This document shows positions 18,775-28,014 of a stretch of 64,000 bases of DNA, piece by piece; position 1 is the first letter of the stretch, and each line of letters starts with the position of its first letter. Under the pieces are notes generated by a model. It worked only from the letters and a program-made list of their open reading frames with translations, was not told where the DNA came from and made no database searches. The position numbers and the translations under genes are program-made. Origin of the DNA: an uncultured Gemmatimonadales bacterium (GTDB lineage: Bacteria > Gemmatimonadota > Gemmatimonadetes > Gemmatimonadales > Gemmatimonadaceae); assembly GCA_963793305.1 (NCBI GenBank), contig CAWBZV010000003.1, positions 1,376,001 through 1,440,000 of the forward strand, written 5' to 3'.

Positions 18775-21700
18775 ATGTGTAGCACGTGCAGCCGCAATGT
18801 CGATCCGATGCCAGGTCAACGCACGAATCAGTCGCGAGCCGGTGCGGTATGGGGTATGAGCGTGTGGTGGGTACTCGCGCTCTGTGTCGGAGCGAGTGGT
18901 GGGGCTCCGCGATCACTCCAGGCGCAACAAGTCTGCCAGAGTCCCGACCATGAACTCAGCATTGGGAGCACGACCAATGGGCAGAATTGCAACCAATCGT
19001 CGAATGTCGCCTTGAGCCAGACGGGCCTACAGCAAACATGGCCGTGGGCTGACAATCTGAACATTCTCACCACATTCACTGTAACCGGGTGCAGTGGCAT
19101 CGTGACATCGTGCTCCGTGTCGCCGACGAGTTCCACTAACACGTCGGGTACGGTGACCGTGACGTACAACACGAGCGCCACAGGGGGAGCGGGCACTATA
19201 ACGGTCCGAATGAAGGACAGTACCGACTTCGTAGTTGCCACGCTCAACGTCACGTCGCCCTACACGCTCAGTACGGCATTCACGAATGGCACGGATCAAT
19301 CGTTGGCGCGATGTGCCCAGTCGTGCTTTGCCGCGGTGGCCACTGTCGGGACGCCGCCGTATATCTCGATGGACGCCCCGCGAACGATCGGCCTCGTATA
19401 CAACGGGGATCGCGTCCGAGCGCGGCCGTTCATTTACGCGGACGTCGCATCGGGCGGCTCACCACTGCCAACCAACTACCAGCTTCAGGTGACCACGAGC
19501 ACTGGCGCGAAGCTCAAGTTCACCAATGGCGACACCGTCCTGACGTTCGCTGGTGGGGCGAGCGGTCGACTCGCTGGTCAGCTGGCACTCGATAGCACGA
19601 TTGCGACCGGTCCCATGGCCGTGACGGTCACGACGATCGCGAACTATCCCTCGAACCAGGAGTCGCAAAGCACGCCGATGACCATCGTGGTCGACAACGA
19701 ACGCAACTCGCCCGTCGCTCACGGCTGGACACTCGCTGGCATCCAGCACATGTACGTGCAGACGTTTACCAGCTCCATCCTCGTCACCGAGGGGAGCGGG
19801 AGCGCGGAGGTATTCACGGCCTGCACAACGGGAGGCTGCACGGCCCCGGCGGGCGAGTACTCGACGATCACGTATTCCGGCTCGTTCCCCGCGACCACGT
19901 ACGTGCGGAAATATCCGGACTCGTCGAGAGTGACATTCAACAATCTCGGCCAGATGATCACATTGGCCGACGCGTTCGGCAACAGTGATTCGTTGGCGTA
20001 CGACGCTCAAGGCCGACTCATCGCGCTGTACGATCCGTTTCGGAAGATCAGCGGCTCCGGACGATCGTACGTACAGCTCGTCTACGGGTCGACGTATGGC
20101 CTCTCGTCGATTACCTCGCCAGGGGCCAGCGGGTCGTTGACGGGCGGGCGCACATCGACATTCCAAGTCAATGCTAGCGACTCCACCCTCACGGCAGTGT
20201 ACGATCCGGATGGATACCATACGGCATTCGGCTACGATAGTCGCAAACGACTGTCCTGGCAGCGCGATCGTCGTGGTGATACGACGAAGTTCGGTTACGA
20301 CAACCTCTCGTTTAAGCTGGACAGCATCACGACACCGCCAGTGCCTGTAGACAGTGGAGGCGGCAAAACGTACGGACAGCTGCAAGCGCTCCTCACGAAG
20401 TTGAGCCCATGGCAGATCGTTGGCGTGCCGACCAGCCCAACGTCGCCGAGTTCGCCGGCCCCTCTCGGATCGACCAGTCCGCAAGGTTCGGTGACGGATC
20501 CGGCTGGCCATCAGACGAGTTGGACTGTCAATAGGTGGGGTGAAGCGCTCGTGATGACGAACGCGCTCGGGGCACAGGCAACCGTATCCATCGCTGACAG
20601 TAACCCTGTGCCGCAGAAGCTGACGACGTCGCGTGGTGGTGTGTACACCTGGACCTGGACCGGGTCTACAGTCACGTCGGTTAGTCCACCCGGCGCTGGA
20701 ACCACGACTATGCTGTACAATAGCGGCTACTCGATTGCCGACAGCGTCGTTGTTCCCGGCCAACCGTCCCAGCGTCGTTTTGTTGGAATAGGGGGGCGCA
20801 TAGACTCCGTCCGGTTCGCGAGTATCGCCGGCCGCACGATCCACTACACCTATGACACGCGCGGCCGCACTCTCCAAATGTCCGATATCCATGGCCACAT
20901 CACGAATTACCACTACGACACGGTGTTCGGCAATCAGGACAGCGTGCAGTCGCCCGGAAACCGCGTCGCCGTAAAGCGATTTGATCGGTTCGGTCGCGAC
21001 TCCGCGCTGTATAGCGATAACACGGCACAGACCACCATCGTCTACGACTCCCTGAATCGTGTGGTTCAGGTCAATGATGGCGTCAACCCGAGTCCGACCG
21101 TGTCGACATATGACTCGTTGTTCCTGCTTCGCATCGTGGATGCAAAGGGTCAGCTCCACAAGCAAGATGTCGACGCCATGGGCCGCCCCTCCCGAGTCTA
21201 TGACGCCGGAGACACCACGAAATACACGTCGTATCGCTACAGTGCGGATGGGTCGCTTACCGGCGAGACAAATCGCCGCGGACAGCAATTCACACTGACC
21301 TACGATGCGATTCATCGAAACGTGACCAACTCCCGTACGGTGGGCGGTGTGGTCGTGGCGCTCGATTCGACGAAATACGATGTCGCCGGCTTGCTGACGG
21401 TGAGCTCGAACAGCGCGGCGCGCGACTCACTCTTCGTCGACTCGACCGGCTGGACCGACTCCGTTGTGACGCGCTTCGCCAACGTGCACCAGCGATTCAG
21501 GATCCGGTACGGTCACGACAACCTGATGCGTCTCGATACGACGATCGTCGGAGACAGCCTCGGATTGGGACTCGTCCCGCGGTACTTGAGCTACGATTCC
21601 GTTACCGGTGCGATTTCGAAGATCGCGCTGTCATCCACAACCGGGCTCTCGACGAAATTCGGTATCAACACCGAGTTCAATCAGGTCAAAGTGAGCTTTC

Positions 21701-23283
21701 CCGGGACGGACAGTACCGGCAAGCCTGGGGCATTGCAGGATACGCTGACGAGCTCACACCTGCCGTTTCAACGCCAGTTTACGAGCTCGGTGCTCGACAA
21801 CCCGATGAACCAGAAGTTCGGCTACGATTCGCTCGGTCGGTTCCGAACCGATATCACGGTGAACACCGCACTGAATGAGTGGAACATCAATCGGTACTGG
21901 TATGACCAACTCGGGCGGCTGCAATCTCGCCACTTTAAAGACTCGACCGGGTTGTGCGGCGCGGACACGACCTATGGCTATCAGTGCACGAACGTAAACC
22001 AAGCGGATACGCTGTCGTACGATGCGGCCAACAATCTTACGGGCGGCCAGATCTTCGGGGATTCCGTCAAGGGCGGGTATCGCACCGGCAACCGGGATAC
22101 GACACTGTTCGGCGTGACCCACACGTTCGATGCCGATGGCAATGTCCTGACGAACGGATCACGACAGTTCTTCTGGGGCGTCGAGGGTCACCTGGACAGC
22201 GTCGTGGCTGGAACGGTCGTTCTGCACTACGAATACGATGCGCTGGGTCGATTGGTCAAGCGCTCGAGGAATGGCACGTTGGAGCGACTCTTCCTATGGG
22301 ATGGCAGTCAGCTGCTCGCTGAACTCAACGGGGCCGGTAGCCAACGAATCGGCGAGTATGTGTCGAGCGGGATGGACTCGCCATTCGCATTCATTAATAC
22401 GGTGTTGCTGTCCAAAACGGTGAGCTACTACGTCCAAGATCCGGTCGGCACCACCGTCGGATTGGTGCGGAGCGACTCCAATAGCGCGCAAGCCGTGCGG
22501 GAGCAGTATTCATATACCGTTCTCGGTGCGCCTTCGACGGTGATCGACTCGGGGCTCGCCAACCGAATGCAGTGGAAAGGCATGGTCTACGAGGGCGACT
22601 CAACGCGGTTGTACTATGCGCGGGCTCGGTGGTACGATCCGCAGCAGGGACGGTTCATGAGCGAGGACCCCACTGGTGCGGCCAACGGGCTGAACCAGTA
22701 CACATTCGCTACCGGCGATCCTGTCAATGGTCGGGATCCTACCGGCACGTGCGACGGAGGCGGCCCCGTAATCGAGCCGGGCGATTTGCTCTCGTTTGAC
22801 GATGATCCCTGCGATCCTCCTCCAGCGGTTGAAGATACAACTACACCTCCTCCCCCACCGAGTGACACGTTGCCTCAGGCGTGTGGGGATGGGGTCAACG
22901 TGGACGTCACCTTTTGTCCGAGCCAGGGCGTAGTTAGCGCGGATTCGGTCTACTGTTCGAATCAGACCCAGTCTGGTGGAGCGTGTAATATGTACCCGAC
23001 TCGGTACTTCGGAACGCACTGGTGTGGCCCCGGCGGAGCAGGGCCGACTGTAAATGCCCTTGACGCCGCTTGCCAAGCGCACGACGCGTGCTATGCGGCG
23101 GGCGGGTTCAATTCGCTTTCCAACTGGACTCCATATGGTCCCTTTTCAACCGCCCAATTTGCGTTGATCTCGTGCAATCAAGCTCTGTGCAATGCAGCGC
23201 GATCGCCTGCAGTTCGGAATATTCGAGGGGCTACGTATGTTCTGCTATATTTCAAGAGCGTCCCCTACGGTGGTTGTACGTAG
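18775..23283 (+). CDS. RHS/YD-repeat protein with signal peptide and C-terminal phospholipase A2-like toxin domain
   Basis: YD repeats; core YYARARWYDPQQGRFMSEDP...DPVNGRDPTG; C-terminus YFGTHWCGPGGAGPTVNALDAACQAHDACY. Confidence 0.9.
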   Translation: MCSTCSRNVDPMPGQRTNQSRAGAVWGMSVWWVLALCVGASGGAPRSLQAQQVCQSPDHELSIGSTTNGQNCNQSSNVALSQTGLQQTWPWADNLNILTTFTVTGCSGIVTSCSVSPTSSTNTSGTVTVTYNTSATGGAGTITVRMKDSTDFVVATLNVTSPYTLSTAFTNGTDQSLARCAQSCFAAVATVGTPPYISMDAPRTIGLVYNGDRVRARPFIYADVASGGSPLPTNYQLQVTTSTGAKLKFTNGDTVLTFAGGASGRLAGQLALDSTIATGPMAVTVTTIANYPSNQESQSTPMTIVVDNERNSPVAHGWTLAGIQHMYVQTFTSSILVTEGSGSAEVFTACTTGGCTAPAGEYSTITYSGSFPATTYVRKYPDSSRVTFNNLGQMITLADAFGNSDSLAYDAQGRLIALYDPFRKISGSGRSYVQLVYGSTYGLSSITSPGASGSLTGGRTSTFQVNASDSTLTAVYDPDGYHTAFGYDSRKRLSWQRDRRGDTTKFGYDNLSFKLDSITTPPVPVDSGGGKTYGQLQALLTKLSPWQIVGVPTSPTSPSSPAPLGSTSPQGSVTDPAGHQTSWTVNRWGEALVMTNALGAQATVSIADSNPVPQKLTTSRGGVYTWTWTGSTVTSVSPPGAGTTTMLYNSGYSIADSVVVPGQPSQRRFVGIGGRIDSVRFASIAGRTIHYTYDTRGRTLQMSDIHGHITNYHYDTVFGNQDSVQSPGNRVAVKRFDRFGRDSALYSDNTAQTTIVYDSLNRVVQVNDGVNPSPTVSTYDSLFLLRIVDAKGQLHKQDVDAMGRPSRVYDAGDTTKYTSYRYSADGSLTGETNRRGQQFTLTYDAIHRNVTNSRTVGGVVVALDSTKYDVAGLLTVSSNSAARDSLFVDSTGWTDSVVTRFANVHQRFRIRYGHDNLMRLDTTIVGDSLGLGLVPRYLSYDSVTGAISKIALSSTTGLSTKFGINTEFNQVKVSFPGTDSTGKPGALQDTLTSSHLPFQRQFTSSVLDNPMNQKFGYDSLGRFRTDITVNTALNEWNINRYWYDQLGRLQSRHFKDSTGLCGADTTYGYQCTNVNQADTLSYDAANNLTGGQIFGDSVKGGYRTGNRDTTLFGVTHTFDADGNVLTNGSRQFFWGVEGHLDSVVAGTVVLHYEYDALGRLVKRSRNGTLERLFLWDGSQLLAELNGAGSQRIGEYVSSGMDSPFAFINTVLLSKTVSYYVQDPVGTTVGLVRSDSNSAQAVREQYSYTVLGAPSTVIDSGLANRMQWKGMVYEGDSTRLYYARARWYDPQQGRFMSEDPTGAANGLNQYTFATGDPVNGRDPTGTCDGGGPVIEPGDLLSFDDDPCDPPPAVEDTTTPPPPPSDTLPQACGDGVNVDVTFCPSQGVVSADSVYCSNQTQSGGACNMYPTRYFGTHWCGPGGAGPTVNALDAACQAHDACYAAGGFNSLSNWTPYGPFSTAQFALISCNQALCNAARSPAVRNIRGATYVLLYFKSVPYGGCT

Positions 23284-23353
23284 GTGGTCTAGTTCGTTGC
23301 CGGGCCTAGCGCCGCTGGCCCTTAGGAGACCCTACGTCCGAGGTTCCTCGACA

Positions 23354-23860
23354 GTGACATTCAGAGACGAACCTAGTGCACAAGAATCTGGTGAGCACAA
23401 AGCCGGACGTCGCGATCGCCGTCGGTGGTCGCTTGTCGTTGCGCTAGTTGTGGCGATAGGCATCGGAGGTCTGTTCTTCCGGTCAGTAAGTCCGTGGGAC
23501 CATAACGTCGGCGCGTTGATCTTTTTGGAATCTCTCCCGGTGATTGCACTGATCTGGCTCCAACTGCCGGAAGGGCCGCGGGCATTCGGTCCCATCGTCG
23601 CCTATCTGGCCGCGGTGTGGCTTGCGTTCGTGAGTTACGGGATTGCGTCGGACCCCGGTGGGTCCCCAAGTGCGCTCAACCCCTTGCACCCGCCGCCGTT
23701 GAATACGTCTCAGAGCCTCGTCGGCGTGACAATAGCGTGCGCCGCCGTCATGATCTGTGCGTCGCTATATACCCGTGGGCGTGTCCGTATCGCGATGAAC
23801 CTTTGCACGGCTTTGGTATTATCGGCATGCATTGCGGTAAAGACACTCATCTACGTGTGA
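23354..23860 (+). CDS. Hypothetical membrane protein, candidate immunity protein
   Basis: About 5 hydrophobic segments; immediately downstream of the RHS toxin on the same strand; start uncertain. Confidence 0.55.
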   Translation: MTFRDEPSAQESGEHKAGRRDRRRWSLVVALVVAIGIGGLFFRSVSPWDHNVGALIFLESLPVIALIWLQLPEGPRAFGPIVAYLAAVWLAFVSYGIASDPGGSPSALNPLHPPPLNTSQSLVGVTIACAAVMICASLYTRGRVRIAMNLCTALVLSACIAVKTLIYV

Positions 23861-23903
23861 AGTCGTGCGCGGCCTCCAACTTGGCGCCCGTGGCATTGGC
23901 GGA

Positions 23904-25193
23904 TCAGGAAACCCGCACCCAGCGCATGATCTCGGCCAACGAGCGGCGCTTCCCGTACATGAGGATGCCGACGCGGTAGACCCGTGCCGCGAACCAGATG
24001 GCGATGACGTTCGCGACTAGCAGCCCCAGGATCGTCCCCACGATTTCCAAGGGCGGCACCTGGATCAGCGCCAATCGCAGCGGCATGAGGATCGGCGCCG
24101 AGAACGGAATCCACGACACCACGCGCGCGAGCGTGCTCGTCGGACTCAAGAACACGGGTCCAACGAACATGATGCTCAGCACGAGCAGCATCGTGACGGG
24201 CAGTGACGCTTGCTGCGCGTCCTCCTGACTCTCGACCGTCGCGCCGATAGCGGCGAAGAGCGCCGCGTAGAAGAAGAAGCCCAGCAAGAAGATCAACACC
24301 AACTCGATCCCGGCGCCAATGCTGATGGAGCCCGGCAGCGGGATGTTCGCCGATTCGCTCGCGCCGAGCGCGCGCAGGATCGGCGCCCGGAAATGGACGA
24401 TTGCGACCGAGGCGAGGGTCCAGATGATCTGCTGGGTGATCGCGACGCCACCCACGCCGAGGATCTTGCCGGCCAGGAGGGTATCCGGTGGTGCGCTGGC
24501 GACGACGACTTCGGACACGCGGCTCGCTTTCTCGTCCGACACGCCGCGGACGATGCTCTGGCCATAGACGACAATCGTGATGTACAGCAGGATCGCCACG
24601 ATGTAGCCGAACCACGCGCCTGACATGCCCGACCCGCCGAGTCCGTGATCGGTGACGCGCTCGGTATGCAGCTGGACCGGCACCGCGGTCAACGATCGAA
24701 TGCGCGCCGGGTCGAGTCCCGCGCCCACCAATCGCTCGGTGAGCACGGCGTTGCGGACGACCTCGCGTACATGGTCGATATCCTGAATGGCCGATGCGTT
24801 GCGCCCATTGTATCGCGCCGTCTGGCCGGCGAGCGTGCTGTCGGTGAGCACGAGATAGCCGACCCACTTGTTGTGCATGACGGCATTCAGCGCATGGACC
24901 TCGGCCGCCGGGGCCTCATCGCGGGATACGACCTGCAACATCGCGTTCGACGTGTCGGTCGTGACTCCCGCACCGAGGTTGGCGACCACGCGCTGGCCGA
25001 GGCCCGTTCCGGTTTCGTCGATGACGATGATGTGGGAGGCGTCGGCCGAGACGCCGGCGTGCTGCGTCAGCACGATCTGCCCGATGCTGACGCCACCGAA
25101 GAACAGCGGCCCCAGGATCGTCGCGAACAGGAACCAACGCGAACGAACCCGCTCCAGATACTCGCGGCGGATGATGACCCCGAGCTTACCCAT
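23904..25193 (-). CDS. ABC-2 type permease (NatB-like)
   Basis: IIRREYLERVRSRWF, DEKASRVSEVV, GKILG, SWIPFSAP, GILMYGK. Confidence 0.88.
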   Translation of the reverse strand: MGKLGVIIRREYLERVRSRWFLFATILGPLFFGGVSIGQIVLTQHAGVSADASHIIVIDETGTGLGQRVVANLGAGVTTDTSNAMLQVVSRDEAPAAEVHALNAVMHNKWVGYLVLTDSTLAGQTARYNGRNASAIQDIDHVREVVRNAVLTERLVGAGLDPARIRSLTAVPVQLHTERVTDHGLGGSGMSGAWFGYIVAILLYITIVVYGQSIVRGVSDEKASRVSEVVVASAPPDTLLAGKILGVGGVAITQQIIWTLASVAIVHFRAPILRALGASESANIPLPGSISIGAGIELVLIFLLGFFFYAALFAAIGATVESQEDAQQASLPVTMLLVLSIMFVGPVFLSPTSTLARVVSWIPFSAPILMPLRLALIQVPPLEIVGTILGLLVANVIAIWFAARVYRVGILMYGKRRSLAEIMRWVRVS

Positions 25194-26139
25194 GTCCCGA
25201 CATCCCCTCGGCGACGCCGACGGCGCCGACCCGCTGGAGGAAGATCTTGTGCAGCGACGGCTGCACGACCTCGAACCGCGTGATCTCGGCGCCGGCGCCG
25301 ACCAAGCGCTCGAGCAGGTGTTGCGCCCGCGCATTCGCCGCGAGCTCGATCTCGAGCGTCCGCTGCTCGCGATTGACGCTCTCGACGAGAGAGCGATCCT
25401 CTAACACGCGATCCACCGCGGCAGATGTCCCGTTGGCGGTCGCCAACGCGATCGTGCGCCCGGCATGTTCCGCGCGCACGTCCGTGACCGGGCCATCGAG
25501 GACCTTCGAGCCCTTGGCGATGATACACACCGAGTCGCATAGGCGCTCGGCGTTGTCCATGAGGTGCGTGCTGAAGATGACCGTGCGCCCGCGCTGGCGG
25601 AGCTCGACGACCGTGTCGTTGAGTGCCTGCGCATTGATCGGATCCAGCCCGCTGAACGGCTCGTCGAGTATGACGAGCTCGGGATCGTGCAGCAGCGTCC
25701 CGATGAACTGGACCTTCTGCTGCATGCCGCGGGACAACTCGTCGACCTTCTTGTCACCCCACTCGGTGAGCCCGAGCCGCGTAAGCCATTCGTCTATGTG
25801 CCGGTCGACATCCCGTCGCGTCATCCCTTTCAACTCGCCCAGGAACCGCAGGACCCGGCGCACTTGCATCTTGCGATACAACCCGCGTTCCTCGGGGAGA
25901 TAGCCAATCCGGTCGGTCACGCCTTTGGCGCCGCTCGGCAAGCCGAGCACGTTGATCGTGCCGCGGTCCGGGACGATCACGTTCAGGATCATCCGGATCG
26001 TCGTCGTCTTCCCGGCGCCGTTCGGGCCGAGCAACCCGTAGACGCTTCCCCGGGGAACGGCGAGCGACAACCCCTGTACGGCCACGTGGCCATCGAAGGT
26101 TTTTTGTACGTCTCGAATGTCGACCGCGAGATCGCTCAT
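25186..26139 (-). CDS. ABC transporter ATP-binding protein (NatA-like)
   Basis: GPNGAGKT, LSRGMQQK, ILDEPFSGLDP. Confidence 0.92.
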   Translation of the reverse strand: MSDLAVDIRDVQKTFDGHVAVQGLSLAVPRGSVYGLLGPNGAGKTTTIRMILNVIVPDRGTINVLGLPSGAKGVTDRIGYLPEERGLYRKMQVRRVLRFLGELKGMTRRDVDRHIDEWLTRLGLTEWGDKKVDELSRGMQQKVQFIGTLLHDPELVILDEPFSGLDPINAQALNDTVVELRQRGRTVIFSTHLMDNAERLCDSVCIIAKGSKVLDGPVTDVRAEHAGRTIALATANGTSAAVDRVLEDRSLVESVNREQRTLEIELAANARAQHLLERLVGAGAEITRFEVVQPSLHKIFLQRVGAVGVAEGMSGHG

Positions 26140-26224
26140 ATTCGTGATAGTATACTACGCACGCGGTACCGGAGGAGTTTCAGTGCGCGTCGCGCGGAGC
26201 GCACGCGTACACTAACTTGCCGCC

Positions 26225-26983
26225 GTGTCGAGAGTTGCCACGATCGTGGTAGGTCTAGCCGCATCGCTGCTGTTACTGTTTCTCGCCGCCCCACTCGCCG
26301 AGCTCGTCGTCTCGGGCGGTAGGCAGGGCCTGCACGCGTTGGGGAGCGATGCCGAGCTGCGCGACGCACTCGTGTTGACCGCCGCCACGGCGACAACGGC
26401 CACGCTCCTCGGACTCCTCGCGGGCACACCGATCGCCTACCTGCTCGCCCGCCGCGCCTTCCCAGGTCGCGCAGCACTCGCCGCGCTGCTGGATCTCCCG
26501 GTGCTGATCCCACACCCGGTCGCGGGCATCGCGCTGCTCCTCGCCCTCGGCCGCCACACCGCGGTCGGCTCCGCATTGTTCGCCGCCGGACTCCGCATCA
26601 CCGGCACCCCCACGGGAATCGTGAGCGCGATGCTCTTCGTCTCGTGCCCGCTCTACCTGAGCGCCGCGCGCGAGACGTTCGACCGCGTCGACTCCCGCTT
26701 CGAGACCGTGGCTCGCACCCTCGGCGATCCACCCTGGCGCGTATTCCGCCGCGTGACACTCCCACTCGCATCCCGCGGTCTCGTCGCCGCCGCCGTCATC
26801 ATGTGGGCCCGCGCCGTCAGCGAGTTCGGCGCCGTCGTGATCCTCACGTACAACCCGCAAGTCGCCAGCGTCTTGAGCTACGACCGGTTCACGACCTACG
26901 GTCTCCCAGGCGCACTCCCCGTCGCGGCCGTGCTCGTCCTGCTCGCGTTGATTCCACTCGCCATTCTCCACCGCCTGCGATGA
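26225..26983 (+). CDS. Molybdate/tungstate ABC permease (ModB/WtpB-like)
   Basis: LDLPVLIPHPVAGIAL, EAA-like loop FETVARTLG, WARAVSEFGA. Confidence 0.85.
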   Translation: MSRVATIVVGLAASLLLLFLAAPLAELVVSGGRQGLHALGSDAELRDALVLTAATATTATLLGLLAGTPIAYLLARRAFPGRAALAALLDLPVLIPHPVAGIALLLALGRHTAVGSALFAAGLRITGTPTGIVSAMLFVSCPLYLSAARETFDRVDSRFETVARTLGDPPWRVFRRVTLPLASRGLVAAAVIMWARAVSEFGAVVILTYNPQVASVLSYDRFTTYGLPGALPVAAVLVLLALIPLAILHRLR

Positions 26984-28014
26984 TCGACGTCGCCGGCCTC
27001 TCCGCGCGCGCGGGGACGTTCTCGCTCACGGACATCACGTTTCAAGTTCCCGCGCGTGGATACGGCGTGGTCATCGGCCCGGCAGGCGCGGGGAAGACGA
27101 CGCTGCTCGAAGTGCTCGCGGGTGTCATCCCGATGACGTCAGGTACGGTGCGGCTGGCCGACCGCGACATGCACGGAGTCCCTCCCGAAGCACGAGGCAT
27201 CGGCCTCGTGTACCAGCACGCCTATCTCTTCCCGCATCTCTCCGTCGCCGACAACGTCACCTACGGCACGAGCGACCTGGCGTTCGCGCACGATGTGGCC
27301 CGTCGCCTCGGCGTCCACGCGCTCATGGACCGCCCTGTTCAGGCGCTGAGCGGTGGCGAGCGCCAGCTCGTGGCCCTCACGCGCGCGATCGCGCCACGTC
27401 CCCCGATCCTGCTACTGGATGAGCCATTCGTCGCGCTCGATCCCCGCCGCCGCGCGGCGATCCGACGCGAGGTCCGCGCCCTCTACCGGGAGCTCGGGTC
27501 GACGGTCCTACAGGTTACGCACGACTTCACCGAAGCCGGGCTCCTTGGCGACGTTGCCGTGCTGCTGGACGCCGGACGCGTGTTGCAAGCCGGGCCACCC
27601 GAGGAAATCTTCCGCAAGCCCGCCTCGAGCGAAGTCGCGGCCTTCCTCGGCGCCGAGAACGTCTTTGCCGGCACCGTCGTGGTGCTCGGCGACGGGACGG
27701 TCGAGTTCCACACGTCCGACGGCGCTATGACGTTCGTGGCCGCTGGCGACGCCACGCCCGGCCCGGGGCACGCGGTCGTGGCCGCCGACGAGATCGTCCT
27801 CTCGCCGACGGCGATCGCGTCGTCGGCACGTAACGTATTTCACGGGTACGTCGAGGCCGTCGAACGATCTGGCCCTCTCTCTCGCGTGACCGTAATGGTC
27901 GACGGCGCCCCACTCGTGGCGGCCCTGACCACGCGTTCCGCGTCGGAGCTGCGGCTGGATCCAGGTACGCCGGTCATCGCCTCCTTCAAGGCAATGGCGG
28001 TGCATCTGTGCTAA
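26980..28014 (+). CDS. Molybdate/tungstate ABC ATPase with TOBE domain (ModC/WtpC-like)
   Basis: GPAGAGKT, LSGGERQ, LLLDEP; C-terminal SARN...FKAMAVHL. Confidence 0.85.
   Translation: MIDVAGLSARAGTFSLTDITFQVPARGYGVVIGPAGAGKTTLLEVLAGVIPMTSGTVRLADRDMHGVPPEARGIGLVYQHAYLFPHLSVADNVTYGTSDLAFAHDVARRLGVHALMDRPVQALSGGERQLVALTRAIAPRPPILLLDEPFVALDPRRRAAIRREVRALYRELGSTVLQVTHDFTEAGLLGDVAVLLDAGRVLQAGPPEEIFRKPASSEVAAFLGAENVFAGTVVVLGDGTVEFHTSDGAMTFVAAGDATPGPGHAVVAADEIVLSPTAIASSARNVFHGYVEAVERSGPLSRVTVMVDGAPLVAALTTRSASELRLDPGTPVIASFKAMAVHLC

Noticed and set aside
19459..21315. 618-aa antisense ORF inside the RHS gene and similar long shadow ORFs
   Set aside because: No motifs; expected from high-GC codon bias opposite real genes
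23278..23337. Hairpin as an integron attC site
   Set aside because: No RYYYAAC/GTTRRRY core sites and no integrase
16780..23890. Calling the island an autonomous mobile element or a T6SS locus
   Set aside because: No integrase, transposase, tRNA, PAAR, VgrG or Hcp is present
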